Shown one piece after another: positions 23,735-34,376 of a stretch of DNA of 50,379 nucleotides (position 1 is its first letter; the number at the start of each line of letters is the position of its first letter). The notes under the pieces are model-generated. The model was not told the origin of the DNA. It ran no database searches and was given only the letters and a program-made list of their open reading frames with translations. Source of the stretch: Paracoccaceae bacterium (GTDB taxonomy: Bacteria; Pseudomonadota; Alphaproteobacteria; Rhodobacterales; Rhodobacteraceae); NCBI GenBank assembly GCA_003550665.1, contig PUKW01000349.1:1-50379 (forward strand), in the 5' to 3' direction. A program made the translations under genes and the position numbers.

Positions 23735-24406
23735 TCAAGGGTCGGTTTCGGGAATGGACAGCTCGAGCGGCGGGCCCTCCGGCGCGTCGTGATCGCCGGG
23801 CTCGACCGGGTCGAGGTCGCGGTCATCGTCCTCGACGATTTCCGCCACCTCACCCTCCTCGACCGGCTCGCCTTCGCCGAGTGCCTCGTCGAGCCGCGCG
23901 ATGGCCTCGTCGGTGATGTCGAAGCGCGGGCTCGACAGGATCACGGCGCGGTCGTCGAGGATCGCCGCAACGCCGTGTTCCTCCAGAAGCTCTCCGAGGA
24001 TCGGCAGCGCGGCCTCGAAGAAGCGCTGCTGCTCGGCCTCGCCCCGGCGCGAGATGGCGCGGCTCTTCTCTTCCTGGGTGCGGCGGATCTCGGTGACGCG
24101 GGCGTCAAATTCATCGGCGAGCTCGCGGAATTCGGACGGTTCGAGCTCGCCGCGCTTCTCGCTCAGCTCGCGCTCTTCCTCGGCGAGCTCGGACTCGATG
24201 CGCCGGTTCTCGGCGGCAAGCTCGCGCGACGCCGCGTCGAGCTCTTCTGCCACGCGCTGGCCGAAGCGGGAGTCCTGGAACAATCGCTCCTGATCGAGGG
24301 TGCGCACCTCGCCATCCGGGCCGGGCGCGAGCTGTGCTGCAGCGGGCGTCGCCCAGACCATGAGCGCGACGAGCGCGGCGAGCCGAAAGAGACCCGCCGC
24401 CCGCAT
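23735..24406 (-). CDS. OmpH/Skp family periplasmic chaperone
   Basis: Signal peptide, LDQERLF..S..GQ, coiled-coil core, DITDEAIARLD; directly downstream of bamA. Confidence 0.88.
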   Translation of the reverse strand: MRAAGLFRLAALVALMVWATPAAAQLAPGPDGEVRTLDQERLFQDSRFGQRVAEELDAASRELAAENRRIESELAEEERELSEKRGELEPSEFRELADEFDARVTEIRRTQEEKSRAISRRGEAEQQRFFEAALPILGELLEEHGVAAILDDRAVILSSPRFDITDEAIARLDEALGEGEPVEEGEVAEIVEDDDRDLDPVEPGDHDAPEGPPLELSIPETDP

Positions 24407-26739
24407 CAGAATCGCGTGGAGACGGTCAGGTCGAAATTGCGCTCCTCGTCGAAGTCTTCCTTGAGAAGCGCGCGCGAGAAGTCGAAACGCAGCGGTCCGA
24501 TGGGCGTATCCCAGAAGACCGAGAAACCGACCGCCGAGCGCAGGCTGAAATCGTCACTGCCACGCAGCTCGGCACCGTCGGTGTTGTCGAGTCCCCAGGT
24601 CGTGCCGACATCGAGGAACAGGCCGCCATCGATGCCGTATTCCTCGGGCAGGCCGAGCGGGAAATCGGCCTCGAAGCGCGCGACGATGAAGTTGTTGCCG
24701 CCGAGCGCATCCTCGTTCTCGGCAGCGAAATCGCGCGGGCCGATGCCGTTGAATTGAAAGCCGCGCATCTCGCGATTGAGCGCGAAGCGCTCCAGCACGC
24801 GGCTGTCGCCGTCGATCATGCTCAGATTGCCGCCCTCGAGTTCGGCGCGCAGCGTGACCTCCTCGCTCATGATGCGACGCTCCACGCCGGCGAGCGCGGT
24901 GGACTTGATGTAGCGCTGGTCGCCGCCGAGCCCGGCGAAGTCCTGGCGAAAACGCAGATAGTAATCCATCACCGGATTGAGCCCGGCTTCGCGCGTGTCA
25001 TAGCGATAGGTATAGCCCACGGAGCTCGTGTAGTCGCCGAAGCCCTCCTCGCGCTGCAGGACCGCCGAGGACTCGTCGCTCACCCCGCGCAGCGAGTCGC
25101 GCGAGACCCGGTAGCGCAGGCTCAGCCGGCCCTGCTCGCTGACCGGAAAGCCGAGCGAGGTCTCGACCCCGATATTGCGCGTGTTGTAGGCGGCGTTGAA
25201 GCGCTCCGTCTCCTGCCAGTAGGCCGAGGCGCTGAGCTCGAGATCACGGTCGAGGAAATAGGGCTCGGTGAAGGTGATCGAGGTGTCCTGGGTGTCGGTG
25301 CCGAAGCCGAGCGAGATGTCGAGCTCCTGACCGCGGCCGAAGAGATTGGCCTCGCGGAAGGTCGCCACGCCGCCGAGGCCGGCATCGATGCCGTAGCTCA
25401 CGCCGAAACCGATCGAGCCCGAGGGCTGCTCCTCGACATCGACCACCACGACGACCTGATCGTCGGCCGAGCCCTCCTCGGTGCGCACCTGGGCATCGCC
25501 GATGTATTCGAGATCCCGGATCCGATCCGCGGCGCGGGTGAGCTCGCGCGGGTTGAACGGATCGCCCTCGACCGTGTCGAAGTGGCGCCGAATCACGCTG
25601 TCGCGGGGGTTGGTGTTGCCGCGAATATCGATCCGCTCGACGAAGAGCCGCTCGGCCTGGCGCAGCACGAAGGTCACGTCCACCGTCCCCGCGGTCTCGT
25701 TGCGCGACAGGCTCGGCTCCACCTCGACGAAGCGCAGGCCCTGACGATCAGCCACGCGCTCGAGCCGGGTGATGGCGTTCTCGATGCGCGCCGGCGAATA
25801 GGTCGTACCCGAGCGCAGCCGCAGTTCCTCGCGGAACGGCGCCGCCTCGACGCCCTGGATCTCGCTGCGCACGTCGGTGCCGGCGATGTCGAAGGACTGC
25901 CCCTCGCGGATGTTGAAGGTCAGAAAAAAGGCATCGCGCTCCTGCGACATCTCCGGGGTGGCCGACAGCACCTCGAAATCGAGATAGCCGCGCGCGAGGT
26001 AGAAGTCGCGCAGCGCGTCGCGATCGGCGTCCACGCGCTCGGCGGCGAACCGGTCGCGGCTGATGAAGCTGCGCAGAAGCCCGGCCTGCTTGGTCTCGAT
26101 GGCGCGACGCAGGCGGCGGTCCGAATACTCGCGGTTGCCCACGAAGGAGACGCGTTCGACCTCCGTGGTCGCCCCTTCATTGACCTCGAAGACGAGCGAG
26201 GCGCGGTTGCCAGAGCGCGGGATGATGCGCGGCGTGACCTCGGCGGCGTAGCGGCCGCGCTGGCGGTAGAGCGTGGCGAGCTCGGAGGCGTCGGACTCGG
26301 CGGTCGACGGCGAGAAGGGCCGACCCTGCTGCGACTGTACCGCCTCGCGCAGGTCGTCATCGTCAATGCGGTCGTTGCCCTCGAAGTTGATCACGTCGAT
26401 CACCGGATACTCGCTGACCCGGATCACCAGCGTGTTGCCATCGGGCACGAATTCGACATCCTCGAACAGGCCCGTTTCCACGAGCCGCTGATAACCGTCA
26501 TTGACCTCGGAGGCGCTGAGCGCCTGCCCCGGCGAAATCTCGGCCTGGCCGGTGATCGTCTGGTCGGTGACGCGCTCGTTGCCCTCGATGCGGATGGTGT
26601 CGAAACGAAAATCCTGCGCCGTCGCAGGGGCGGAGATCGCGGCTGCGCTCACCGCCAGGCAGAACGTGAACGCCGCACGTCGCGCGGCCATGCCGCGGCT
26701 CGCGTTTCGCCCGGCGAGGGCCCTCATCCTGTCGCGCAT
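24406..26739 (-). CDS. bamA: Outer membrane protein assembly factor BamA
   Basis: POTRA repeats (IEGNERV, FEGND, FVGNRE), FTEPYFLDR, MRGF, TPIGPLRFDF, C-terminal Phe. Confidence 0.97.
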   Translation of the reverse strand: MRDRMRALAGRNASRGMAARRAAFTFCLAVSAAAISAPATAQDFRFDTIRIEGNERVTDQTITGQAEISPGQALSASEVNDGYQRLVETGLFEDVEFVPDGNTLVIRVSEYPVIDVINFEGNDRIDDDDLREAVQSQQGRPFSPSTAESDASELATLYRQRGRYAAEVTPRIIPRSGNRASLVFEVNEGATTEVERVSFVGNREYSDRRLRRAIETKQAGLLRSFISRDRFAAERVDADRDALRDFYLARGYLDFEVLSATPEMSQERDAFFLTFNIREGQSFDIAGTDVRSEIQGVEAAPFREELRLRSGTTYSPARIENAITRLERVADRQGLRFVEVEPSLSRNETAGTVDVTFVLRQAERLFVERIDIRGNTNPRDSVIRRHFDTVEGDPFNPRELTRAADRIRDLEYIGDAQVRTEEGSADDQVVVVVDVEEQPSGSIGFGVSYGIDAGLGGVATFREANLFGRGQELDISLGFGTDTQDTSITFTEPYFLDRDLELSASAYWQETERFNAAYNTRNIGVETSLGFPVSEQGRLSLRYRVSRDSLRGVSDESSAVLQREEGFGDYTSSVGYTYRYDTREAGLNPVMDYYLRFRQDFAGLGGDQRYIKSTALAGVERRIMSEEVTLRAELEGGNLSMIDGDSRVLERFALNREMRGFQFNGIGPRDFAAENEDALGGNNFIVARFEADFPLGLPEEYGIDGGLFLDVGTTWGLDNTDGAELRGSDDFSLRSAVGFSVFWDTPIGPLRFDFSRALLKEDFDEERNFDLTVSTRF

Positions 26740-26773
26740 CTGATTGTCCGTCCCGCCATGTGTTTATACGATC

Positions 26774-26802
26774 TGCGTAGCGGCAAAGCCCCCGATTGTC
26801 AA
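26774..26802 (-). promoter_or_regulatory. Putative sigma70 promoter of bamA
   Basis: Minus strand TTGACA-N17-TACGCA. Confidence 0.55.
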
Positions 26803-26832
26803 AGCGGGGGACAGGGCCGGCGGGCCGGTGTG

Positions 26833-28170
26833 TCAGGGACAGAACAGATCGTTCGTGACCGCGAAAACCATCAACGAGACAAGGAGCACGAGCCCCGTCA
26901 TCATCAGCGCGTTGACCACCCGATCACTCGGCGGTCGTCCGGCGACGGCCTCGTAGGCGTGAAAGACGAGATGGCCGCCATCGAGCACGGGAATCGGGAA
27001 CAGATTCACGAGCCCGATCGCCGTCGAGAGCACGGCGATGAACCAGATGAAACTCGCCAGCCCCTGCTCCGCCGTCGCGCCCGAGACTTCGGCGATTCCG
27101 ATGGGGCCTTGCAGGTTGCAGGTGCTGATCGTGCCCACGATCATGTTGTAGAGGCCCGACAGGCTCATCTGGATGATCGTGCCGGTCTGCGCGGTGCCGA
27201 GTGCCAGCGCCTCGAGCGGGCCGGCGCGGCGGGTCTGCGATTCGAAGAAGCTGCCGCCGCTCAACCCGATGAGCCAGCGCTGCTCGAAGCCGCCATCGGC
27301 GGTGGGCACGTCGGTGCTGCGCGGGTTCAGCGTGACATCCAGCATCTCGCCGTCGCGCCACACGCCGAGATCGAGCGCGGCGCCCTCGCGCGCCTCGACA
27401 TGTGCGCGCAGCTCGTCGAAGGCGTGGATCTCGGTGCCATCGACGGACATGATGACGTCGCCGGGCCGCAGCCCGGCGCTCTGCGCCGCGGAGCGCGGCT
27501 GCACGCCGTCGGCGATCGGCGGGAACGGGTGCGGGCCGCGGGCCTCGACAAGGTTTCCGTCGCGTTCGACCTCGTAGGTGACGGTCGGGGCGGGGTCGAT
27601 CGCCTGCGCGGCCTCGCGCAGATCGATGACGCTCGCGACCTCCTGCCCCTCGACAGCCCGGATCACGTCGCCGGTTTCGAGCTCCTGCACCGGGGCCGGG
27701 AGCGGCTTGAGATCGGCGATCACCGGCTCCTCGATCGCCACCCCGCGAATCGCGAAGAACGCGGCGAAGACCAGGATCGACATCGCGAAATTGAACAGCG
27801 GCCCCGCCGCGACCGTCGCCGAACGCGCCCAGAGCGGCGCGCCGTGCATGGTGCGCCGCTTGCGCGAATCGTCCATCGACTCGATCGCCGCGCCGTCGCG
27901 CCCCGACGCCGCGTCGGAATCGCCGAGGAACTTCACGTAGCCGCCGAAGGGCAGCGCCGCGACCTGCCAGCGCGTGCCGCGCCGGTCCATGCGCGACAGC
28001 AGGACCGGGCCGAACCCGATCGAGAAGACCTCCGCATCGATTCCAGACCAGCGCCCGACGATGTAATGGCCGAACTCGTGCACGAACACGATCACCGACA
28101 GCGCGATGATGAAGACCACGATGGTGAAGGCCAGCCCGCCCACCGACGGAAGCGCGCCGAGAATATCCAA
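26833..28170 (-). CDS. rseP: RIP metalloprotease RseP
   Basis: HEFGH, FSIGFG, GGYVKF, AGPLFN, two PDZ domains, NLFPIPVLDGGH. Confidence 0.97.
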   Translation of the reverse strand: MDILGALPSVGGLAFTIVVFIIALSVIVFVHEFGHYIVGRWSGIDAEVFSIGFGPVLLSRMDRRGTRWQVAALPFGGYVKFLGDSDAASGRDGAAIESMDDSRKRRTMHGAPLWARSATVAAGPLFNFAMSILVFAAFFAIRGVAIEEPVIADLKPLPAPVQELETGDVIRAVEGQEVASVIDLREAAQAIDPAPTVTYEVERDGNLVEARGPHPFPPIADGVQPRSAAQSAGLRPGDVIMSVDGTEIHAFDELRAHVEAREGAALDLGVWRDGEMLDVTLNPRSTDVPTADGGFEQRWLIGLSGGSFFESQTRRAGPLEALALGTAQTGTIIQMSLSGLYNMIVGTISTCNLQGPIGIAEVSGATAEQGLASFIWFIAVLSTAIGLVNLFPIPVLDGGHLVFHAYEAVAGRPPSDRVVNALMMTGLVLLVSLMVFAVTNDLFCP

Positions 28171-28184
28171 GATCCGTGTCCCCG

Positions 28185-29360
28185 CTATTGCCAGGTGCCG
28201 CCAGCAAGGACCTCGCCCGCCCGCACACGGGCGACATGGTCCATTGCCAGCACCACATCAAGGGTGTCAGGCGGGTTTTGCAGCCCGTCCCCGCGCGCAA
28301 GCCGCGCCAGCGTCGCCTCGACGAGCGGCGCCATCGCCGAAAAGCCGATGCGCCCGTCGAGAAACGCGTCGAGCGCCGTCTCCTTGGCGGCGTTGAAGGC
28401 CGCACCTGCGAGCCCGCCCGCGGCCATCACCTCGCGCGCAAGCCGCAGCGCGGGAAACCGCGCGGGGTCTGGGGCGGCGAAATCGAGCCGCGCCAGCCGG
28501 GCGAGATCGAGCCGCTCGACCGGGGCCGGGCGGCGCGCGGGCCAGTTGAGCGCAAAGCCGATCGCGTGGCGCATGTCCGCCGGGCCCAGATGCGCCATCA
28601 ACGCCCCGTCATTGAACCCGACGAGCGCATGCACGATCGATTGCGGATGAACGAGCACCTCGATCTGCGCGGGATCGACGCCGAAATATTCGCGCGTCTC
28701 GATCACCTCGAGCGCCTTGTTGAACAGCGAGGCCGAATCGATCGAGATTCGCGCGCCCATGTCCCAGTTGGGATGCGCGACCGCCTGCGCGATGGTGGCC
28801 GCGGAGATGCGCTCGCTCGTCCAGTCGCGGAACGGCCCGCCCGAGGCGGTGATGATCACGCGCTCGACGGCGGCGATGTCCTCGCCGATGAGCGCCTGGA
28901 ACACGGCCGAATGCTCGCTGTCGACGGGCAGGATCGTCGCGCCGTGGCGCGCGGCCTCGGCCATCAGGAGCGGCCCGGCGGCCACGAGGCTCTCCTTGTT
29001 GGCCAGCGCCAGCGTGGCCCCCTGCCGCAGCGCGCGAAACCCCGGCGCGAGCCCCGCCGCACCCACGATCGCCGACATCACCCAGTCGGCCGGCCGCTCC
29101 GCCGCCTCGATGAGCGCGCCGGGCCCCGCCGCCGCCGCCACGCCGCTGCCCGCGAGCGCGGCGCGCAGCTCCGCGAGCCGGTCCGCATGCGCCGTCACCG
29201 CGATCTCGGCGCCCGTCGCGCGGGCCTGTTCGGCCAGAAGCGCGATGTTGGCGCCGCCCGACAGCGCGACGATATCGAATTCGCCGGGCTGGCGCGCGAG
29301 CATGTCGAGCGTGTTCACCCCGATCGAGCCCGTCGCCCCGAACACCGACACGCGCCGCAT
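28185..29360 (-). CDS. dxr: 1-deoxy-D-xylulose 5-phosphate reductoisomerase
   Basis: GATGSIG, LANKESLV, PVDSEH, TASGGPF, HPNWDMG, HPQSIVH. Confidence 0.98.
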   Translation of the reverse strand: MRRVSVFGATGSIGVNTLDMLARQPGEFDIVALSGGANIALLAEQARATGAEIAVTAHADRLAELRAALAGSGVAAAAGPGALIEAAERPADWVMSAIVGAAGLAPGFRALRQGATLALANKESLVAAGPLLMAEAARHGATILPVDSEHSAVFQALIGEDIAAVERVIITASGGPFRDWTSERISAATIAQAVAHPNWDMGARISIDSASLFNKALEVIETREYFGVDPAQIEVLVHPQSIVHALVGFNDGALMAHLGPADMRHAIGFALNWPARRPAPVERLDLARLARLDFAAPDPARFPALRLAREVMAAGGLAGAAFNAAKETALDAFLDGRIGFSAMAPLVEATLARLARGDGLQNPPDTLDVVLAMDHVARVRAGEVLAGGTWQ

Positions 29361-29363
29361 CGC

Positions 29364-30158
29364 TCAGCCCACCGCCAGCAGGCCGAGCTGATGCAGGATC
29401 AGCACCGCGAGCGCGCCGCCCAGCATCGCGTCGAAGCGGTCCATCACCCCGCCATGGCCGGGAATCAGCGCCGAGCTGTCCTTGACGCCGGCGCTGCGCT
29501 TGAGCGCGCTTTCGCCAATGTCGCCGCCCTGCCCCGCCATCGCCACCAGAACCGACAGCACCACGAACCCCGGCCCGGCGCCGAGCGGCGCGGCGAACGC
29601 CGCCCCGATCGCCACCGCGACGAGCCAGCCCGCCACCGTGCCCGACCAGGTCTTCTTCGGGCTGACCCGCGGCCAGAATTTCGGCCCGCCGATCATCCGC
29701 CCGGCGAAATACCCGGCCACATCCGACCCGATCACGAGCGCCACGAGCCAGAGCAGCCACAGCATCCCGTAGCCGTCGCGCAGCAGGATGAATCCCGCCC
29801 CCGCCACGAGGATAACCGCCGCGCCGACGCCGAAGCGCGCACGCGCCGGGGCCGGCACCGTCAGCGCCGCGACCGCCGCCGCGAGGAGCGCCGTGAGCAC
29901 CAGCGCGAGCTCCGGCACGGCGAGCGCGAGCAGCCCGACGAGTGCACCGCCCGCCGCGCCCAGCGCCGCGGCGAGCCGCCGGTCGGCCGCGGGGGCGAGC
30001 ATCCGGTGCAGCTCCCAGATCATCGCCGCGACCGCGACCACGACTAGCGCGCGAAACACCACCCCTCCGGCCCAGATCGCCGCCGCGCCAAGCGCGACCA
30101 TCACCGCCGCCGAAGCAACCCGCGCCGCGAGGTCTGGAAAGCGATCGGCGAGCGGCAT
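29364..30158 (-). CDS. cdsA: Phosphatidate cytidylyltransferase
   Basis: SDVAGYFAGR, SPKKTWSG, GDIGESALKR..GVKDSS.LIPGHGGVMDRFD. Confidence 0.96.
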   Translation of the reverse strand: MPLADRFPDLAARVASAAVMVALGAAAIWAGGVVFRALVVVAVAAMIWELHRMLAPAADRRLAAALGAAGGALVGLLALAVPELALVLTALLAAAVAALTVPAPARARFGVGAAVILVAGAGFILLRDGYGMLWLLWLVALVIGSDVAGYFAGRMIGGPKFWPRVSPKKTWSGTVAGWLVAVAIGAAFAAPLGAGPGFVVLSVLVAMAGQGGDIGESALKRSAGVKDSSALIPGHGGVMDRFDAMLGGALAVLILHQLGLLAVG

Positions 30159-30880
30159 CAGCGCACCGCGCCGAAGCGCCGGTCGCGCTGGTGAAAGCGG
30201 GTCACGATGTCGGCGAGCTTTTCGGCGGTGAAATCGGGCCAGAGCGTGTCGGTGAATTCGTATTCGGCATAGGCCGACTGCCACAGCAGGTAATTCGAGA
30301 TCCGCGTCTCGCCGCTGGTGCGGATGACGAGATCGGGATCGGGCAGCCCGGCCGTGTCGAGATGCGCCGCGATCGTGGCCTCGTCGATGGCGTCGGCGGC
30401 GATCTCGCCGCGGGCGACGGCCTCGGCCACGCGCCGCGTGGCGCGCATGATCTCGTTGCGGCCGCCGTAATTGATCGCCACCTGCAGGTGCAGGCGGTCA
30501 TTGTGGCGCGTGCGGCTCTCGATCCAGGAGAACAGCCGCTGCAGCTTGGGGTCGATGCGGGTGCGATCGCCGATGATGCGCATGCGCACGCCCTCGTCGC
30601 TGAGCCGGTCGGCCTCGCGGCGGATGTAGCGGCCGAAGAGCGACATCAGCCCGAGCACCTCGCGCGTCGAGCGTTTCCAGTTCTCGGTCGAGAAGGCATA
30701 GAGCGTCATGTAGTCGATGCCGAGATCGGGGCATGCCTCGACGACCTCGCGCGCGCGCTCGGCGCCGCGCTTGTGGCCGGCGAGCCGATGGCGGCCGTGC
30801 TGGCGCGCCCAACGTCCGTTGCCGTCCATGATGACGGCGACATGGGTCGGGGTCGCCTTCGCTGTGTCCTTCGCGGCCAA
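30158..30880 (-). CDS. uppS: Undecaprenyl diphosphate synthase
   Basis: HVAVIMDGNGRWA, YAFSTENWKR, NYGGR, PDLVIRTSGETRISNYLLWQ. Confidence 0.97.
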   Translation of the reverse strand: MAAKDTAKATPTHVAVIMDGNGRWARQHGRHRLAGHKRGAERAREVVEACPDLGIDYMTLYAFSTENWKRSTREVLGLMSLFGRYIRREADRLSDEGVRMRIIGDRTRIDPKLQRLFSWIESRTRHNDRLHLQVAINYGGRNEIMRATRRVAEAVARGEIAADAIDEATIAAHLDTAGLPDPDLVIRTSGETRISNYLLWQSAYAEYEFTDTLWPDFTAEKLADIVTRFHQRDRRFGAVR

Positions 30881-30920
30881 TGCCGATGCCCCCTCTTCGC
30901 TGCCCCCCGTTGCTGCGGGC

Positions 30921-31487
30921 TCAGACCGTCATGATTTCCTGTTGCTTGGTCTCGAGCTGCTTGTCGATGGCGGCGATGAACTTGTCGGTGAGCTCCTGGA
31001 TCTCGTCGGCATAGAGCTTCTGATCGTCCTCGCTCAAGCCCTCGCCCTTGGCCTTCTTGATGCGGTCCATGCCGTCACGGCGGACATTGCGCACCGCCAC
31101 GCGCGCCTGTTCGGCATACTGCGCGGCGACCTTCGACAATTCCTTGCGCCGTTCCTCGTTGAGCTCGGGGATCGGCAGGCGGATCGTGGTGCCGTCGACG
31201 ACCGGGTTGATGCCGAGCCCGGAGTCGCGGATCGCGCGCTCGACCTTGCCGACGAGTCCCTTGTCCCAGACATTGACCGTGACCATCCGCGGCTCGGGCA
31301 CGTTGATGCTCGCCACCTGGTTGAGCGGGGTCTGCAGCCCGCCATAGGCCTCCACGGTGACCGGCTCGACCATCGAGGCCGAGGCCCGGCCGGTCCGCAG
31401 CGAGGCGAATTCCTGCTTGAGCGCGCTCATAGCGCCCTCCATGCGGCGTTCCAGGTCGTCGGTGTCGATATCGGTGTCTTCGGACAT
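30921..31487 (-). CDS. frr: Ribosome recycling factor
   Basis: [31 protein letters not shown]. Confidence 0.98.
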   Translation of the reverse strand: MSEDTDIDTDDLERRMEGAMSALKQEFASLRTGRASASMVEPVTVEAYGGLQTPLNQVASINVPEPRMVTVNVWDKGLVGKVERAIRDSGLGINPVVDGTTIRLPIPELNEERRKELSKVAAQYAEQARVAVRNVRRDGMDRIKKAKGEGLSEDDQKLYADEIQELTDKFIAAIDKQLETKQQEIMTV

Positions 31488-31572
31488 GGCGTCTCTCTTT
31501 CATTGGGCCCGCGGGTCGTGCAACCTTGGCGCGTCCGCCTATAGGCCAGACGGGACCAGTCTGTATAGCCCG

Positions 31573-32307
31573 TCAGCCATGGACCCGCGTCGCGCGGCCG
31601 GTGCCGCGCAGGATGCTGCAGAACCCGCCCGGCTCGTCGAGCGAGAACACGATGATGGGCAGGTTGTTGTCGCGCGCGAGCGCGATCGCCGAGGCGTCCA
31701 TCACCTTGAGATGCTTTTGCAGCACCTCGTCATAGGTGACGCTGTCATAGCGGCGCGCCGATGCATTCCCGATCGGATCGCTGTCATAGACCCCGTCGAC
31801 CTTGGTGCCCTTGAGGATCGCCTCGCAATGCATTTCGTTGGCGCGCAGCGTCGCGGCGGTGTCGGTGGTGAAGTAGGGATTGCCGGTGCCGGCGGCGAAG
31901 ATGCAGACGCGCTTCTTCTCGAGATGGCGCACGGCGCGGCGGCGGATATAGGGCTCGGCGATCTCGTCCATGCGGATCGCGCTGATGACGCGGGTGTTGA
32001 TGCCGCGCTCCTCGAGGGCGGACTGCATCGCCAGCGCGTTCATCACCGTCGCCAGCATCCCCATATAGTCGGCGGTGGCGCGCTCCATGCCCTGCGCGCT
32101 GCCCTGAAGCCCGCGAAAGATGTTGCCGCCGCCGATCACCATGCAGATCTCGACACCGAGCGCGTGCACCGCCTCCACCTCGCCCGCGATGCGCGACACT
32201 GTCGGCGGATGCAGACCGTAGCCCTCGTCGCCCATCAGCGCCTCGCCCGAGATCTTGAGCATGACGCGCTGATAGGCGATCGGGGCGGGTGAGCCGGCCA
32301 TTTCCAT
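31573..32307 (-). CDS. pyrH: Uridylate kinase
   Basis: [45 protein letters not shown]. Confidence 0.98.
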   Translation of the reverse strand: MEMAGSPAPIAYQRVMLKISGEALMGDEGYGLHPPTVSRIAGEVEAVHALGVEICMVIGGGNIFRGLQGSAQGMERATADYMGMLATVMNALAMQSALEERGINTRVISAIRMDEIAEPYIRRRAVRHLEKKRVCIFAAGTGNPYFTTDTAATLRANEMHCEAILKGTKVDGVYDSDPIGNASARRYDSVTYDEVLQKHLKVMDASAIALARDNNLPIIVFSLDEPGGFCSILRGTGRATRVHG

Positions 32308-32433
32308 TCGCGATGCCCTCGATGACGGATGCGCGCGCGGCGCTGTTCAAGTCGGGCGCAAAATGTCGCAAAAGCGGGACGTGTTCAACGTCAAACGCCG
32401 CCGGTCGCCCGATCGCGCCGATGGAGCCCGCCG

Positions 32434-33315
32434 ATGCCCGCCGATCTTCCTCTCGAACCGGACCCCACGCGCCCGGTGCTGATCGCCGGGCCGACGGCGT
32501 CGGGCAAATCCACATTGGCGGCGCGGATCGCGGCGCGGCAGGGGCGTGCCGTGGTCAATGCCGATGCGCTGCAGGTCTTCGCGTGCTGGCGCGTGCTCTC
32601 GGCGCGGCCCGGACCCGAGGAGCGCGCCAGCGCACCGCATCTTCTGTTCGGCCACCGGGGGGCGACGGCGCATTACTCGGCGGGCGACTGGCTGCGCGAG
32701 GTCGCGGGGGTGCTGCGCGCGCACACCGCGCCGGTGATCGTGGGCGGCACGGGGCTCTACTTCTCCGCGCTCACCGCGGGGCTCGCCGAAATCCCGCCGG
32801 TGCCGCCCCCGATCCGGGCCGAGGCCGAGGCGCGGCTCGCGGCGCGCGGCTGCGCGGCGCTCGCCGCCGAGCTCGACGCCGACAGCCGCGCGCGCCTCGA
32901 TGCGGCCAACCCGGCGCGGGTGCTGCGCGCCTGGGAGGTGCTGCGCGCGACGGGGCACGGCATCGCCGCCTGGCACGCCGCGACCCCGCCGCCGCTGCTG
33001 CCCGCCGACCGGGCGACGGCGCTGGTTCTGGAACCCGATCGCGAGGCGCTGGCGGCGCGAATCGATGCGCGCTTCGACGCGATGATCGCGGCGGGCGCGC
33101 TCGAGGAGGTGCGCGCGGCGCGCGAATGGTGGGACCCGGCGCTGCCGGCTGCACGCGCGATCGGGGCGGCGGAGCTGATGGCGCATCTGCGCGGCGAGAC
33201 GACGCTCGACGCCGCGATCACCGCCGCCAAGATCGCCACGCGCCGCTACGCCAAGCGCCAGCGCACCTGGTTTCGCAACCGCCTCGGCGATTGGCGGCGC
33301 GTCGCCGTGCCCTGA
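32434..33315 (+). CDS. miaA: tRNA dimethylallyltransferase
   Basis: [39 protein letters not shown]. Confidence 0.96.
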   Translation: MPADLPLEPDPTRPVLIAGPTASGKSTLAARIAARQGRAVVNADALQVFACWRVLSARPGPEERASAPHLLFGHRGATAHYSAGDWLREVAGVLRAHTAPVIVGGTGLYFSALTAGLAEIPPVPPPIRAEAEARLAARGCAALAAELDADSRARLDAANPARVLRAWEVLRATGHGIAAWHAATPPPLLPADRATALVLEPDREALAARIDARFDAMIAAGALEEVRAAREWWDPALPAARAIGAAELMAHLRGETTLDAAITAAKIATRRYAKRQRTWFRNRLGDWRRVAVP

Positions 33316-33389
33316 TCCTCGATCGATTTTTCGTTTCGCAGATCGCGCCCGATCGCCTAGGCTTTCGAAAAAACGAGCAGGCGAAGCGC

Positions 33390-34223
33390 ATGACAGTGAT
33401 CCCCGAGCCACCCTCGGCAACCCGCGCCGTGCCCCTGGCCCATCTGGCCAGCGGGGGGCGCTGGCGCACCGAGGCGATGCGCAGCCTGCCGCAACCGCTG
33501 CTGCTGTGGTTCACCGCCGGGCAGGGGCGAATCACGGTGGCGGGCGTCACGCGCGGCTACGGGGTTCACAATGCGGTCTTCATCCCCGCCGGCACGATGC
33601 ACGGCTTCGAGATGAGCCGCCAGGTCCGCGGCACGGCGCTGTTCATCGCGCGCGACCTCGCCCTGCCCCTGCCCGAGGCGCCGCAGCACCTGCGCGTGCG
33701 CGAAACCCGCCCGCAGCAGGAGCTCACCGCGCTGATCGATGCCGTCCAGCGCGAGATCGCCAGTGACGATCCCGTCGCGGGGCGCGCACTGCACCACCAG
33801 CTCGGCCTGCTCAGCGTGTGGATCGCGCGCCGCATCGCGACCGAGGCCAAGGGCACCGATCCCTCCAGGCGTGACGCGGCGCGGCGGCTCGCGGCGCGCT
33901 ACACGGTGCTCGTCGAGCGCGACCTGACCATGGGGCGCGACGTGGCGGACTACGCCGCCGCGCTTGGGGTGACGCCCACGCATCTGACGCGCGCCTGCCG
34001 CGCCGCCTGCGGGCGCACGGCGCACGAGCTCCTGCAGGACCGGCTCCTGTTCGAGGCGCGGTGCCTGCTCAGCGACACCGCACTGCCCGTCAAGGACATC
34101 GCCGGGCGGCTCGGTTTCGGATCGGCGGCCTACTTCACGCGCGCCTTCCACTTCCGGACCGGCCAGACACCGAGCGCCTTTCGCCGCGAGAGCGTCGGCG
34201 CGATGCGGCATCAAAGGCCTTGA
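33390..34223 (+). CDS. AraC family transcriptional regulator
   Basis: Cupin-like N-domain (FIPAGTMHGF) and C-terminal double HTH (YAAALGVTPTHLTRAC...LGFGSAAYFTRAF...PSAFR). Confidence 0.93.
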   Translation: MTVIPEPPSATRAVPLAHLASGGRWRTEAMRSLPQPLLLWFTAGQGRITVAGVTRGYGVHNAVFIPAGTMHGFEMSRQVRGTALFIARDLALPLPEAPQHLRVRETRPQQELTALIDAVQREIASDDPVAGRALHHQLGLLSVWIARRIATEAKGTDPSRRDAARRLAARYTVLVERDLTMGRDVADYAAALGVTPTHLTRACRAACGRTAHELLQDRLLFEARCLLSDTALPVKDIAGRLGFGSAAYFTRAFHFRTGQTPSAFRRESVGAMRHQRP

Positions 34224-34376
34224 CGCGCGGTGGCACGGTCGCGTTTGCTCGGCAGTGTCGCAAACGGGCGCGCGCATGACGATTTTGGACCAAGGCAGCG
34301 ATGCCCGCCGCGGACGGCGCACTGGATCGCGGTGGCCGGCCGGGCCGCCGCAAGCCGCGGTCCGGGGAGCGGCCCG

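Noticed and set aside
23173-24406. No lpxD between skp and fabZ, and no rpsB-tsf upstream of pyrH
   Set aside because: Differs from the E. coli order but is, to my knowledge, the usual Rhodobacteraceae arrangement; no scar is visible.
24754-28650. 1298-aa plus-strand ORF, and other long antisense ORFs such as 5429-8386, 1761-3725 and 14114-16078
   Set aside because: Shadow ORFs opposite well-supported genes (bamA/rseP/dxr, acnA, purB, ligA). High-GC codon bias depletes antisense stops, and no domains are recognisable.
31539-31568. Imperfect inverted repeat CTATA..CAGAC/GTCTG-TATAG between pyrH and frr
   Set aside because: Weak bulged stem with no U-tract; cannot be told apart from promoter sequence or chance.
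32289-33389. Long N-terminal extensions on the AraC ORF, and likewise on ORFs 45024-47069 and 46448-47938
   Set aside because: Off-frame overlaps with miaA or upstream operon genes; the real domains begin at the trimmed starts.
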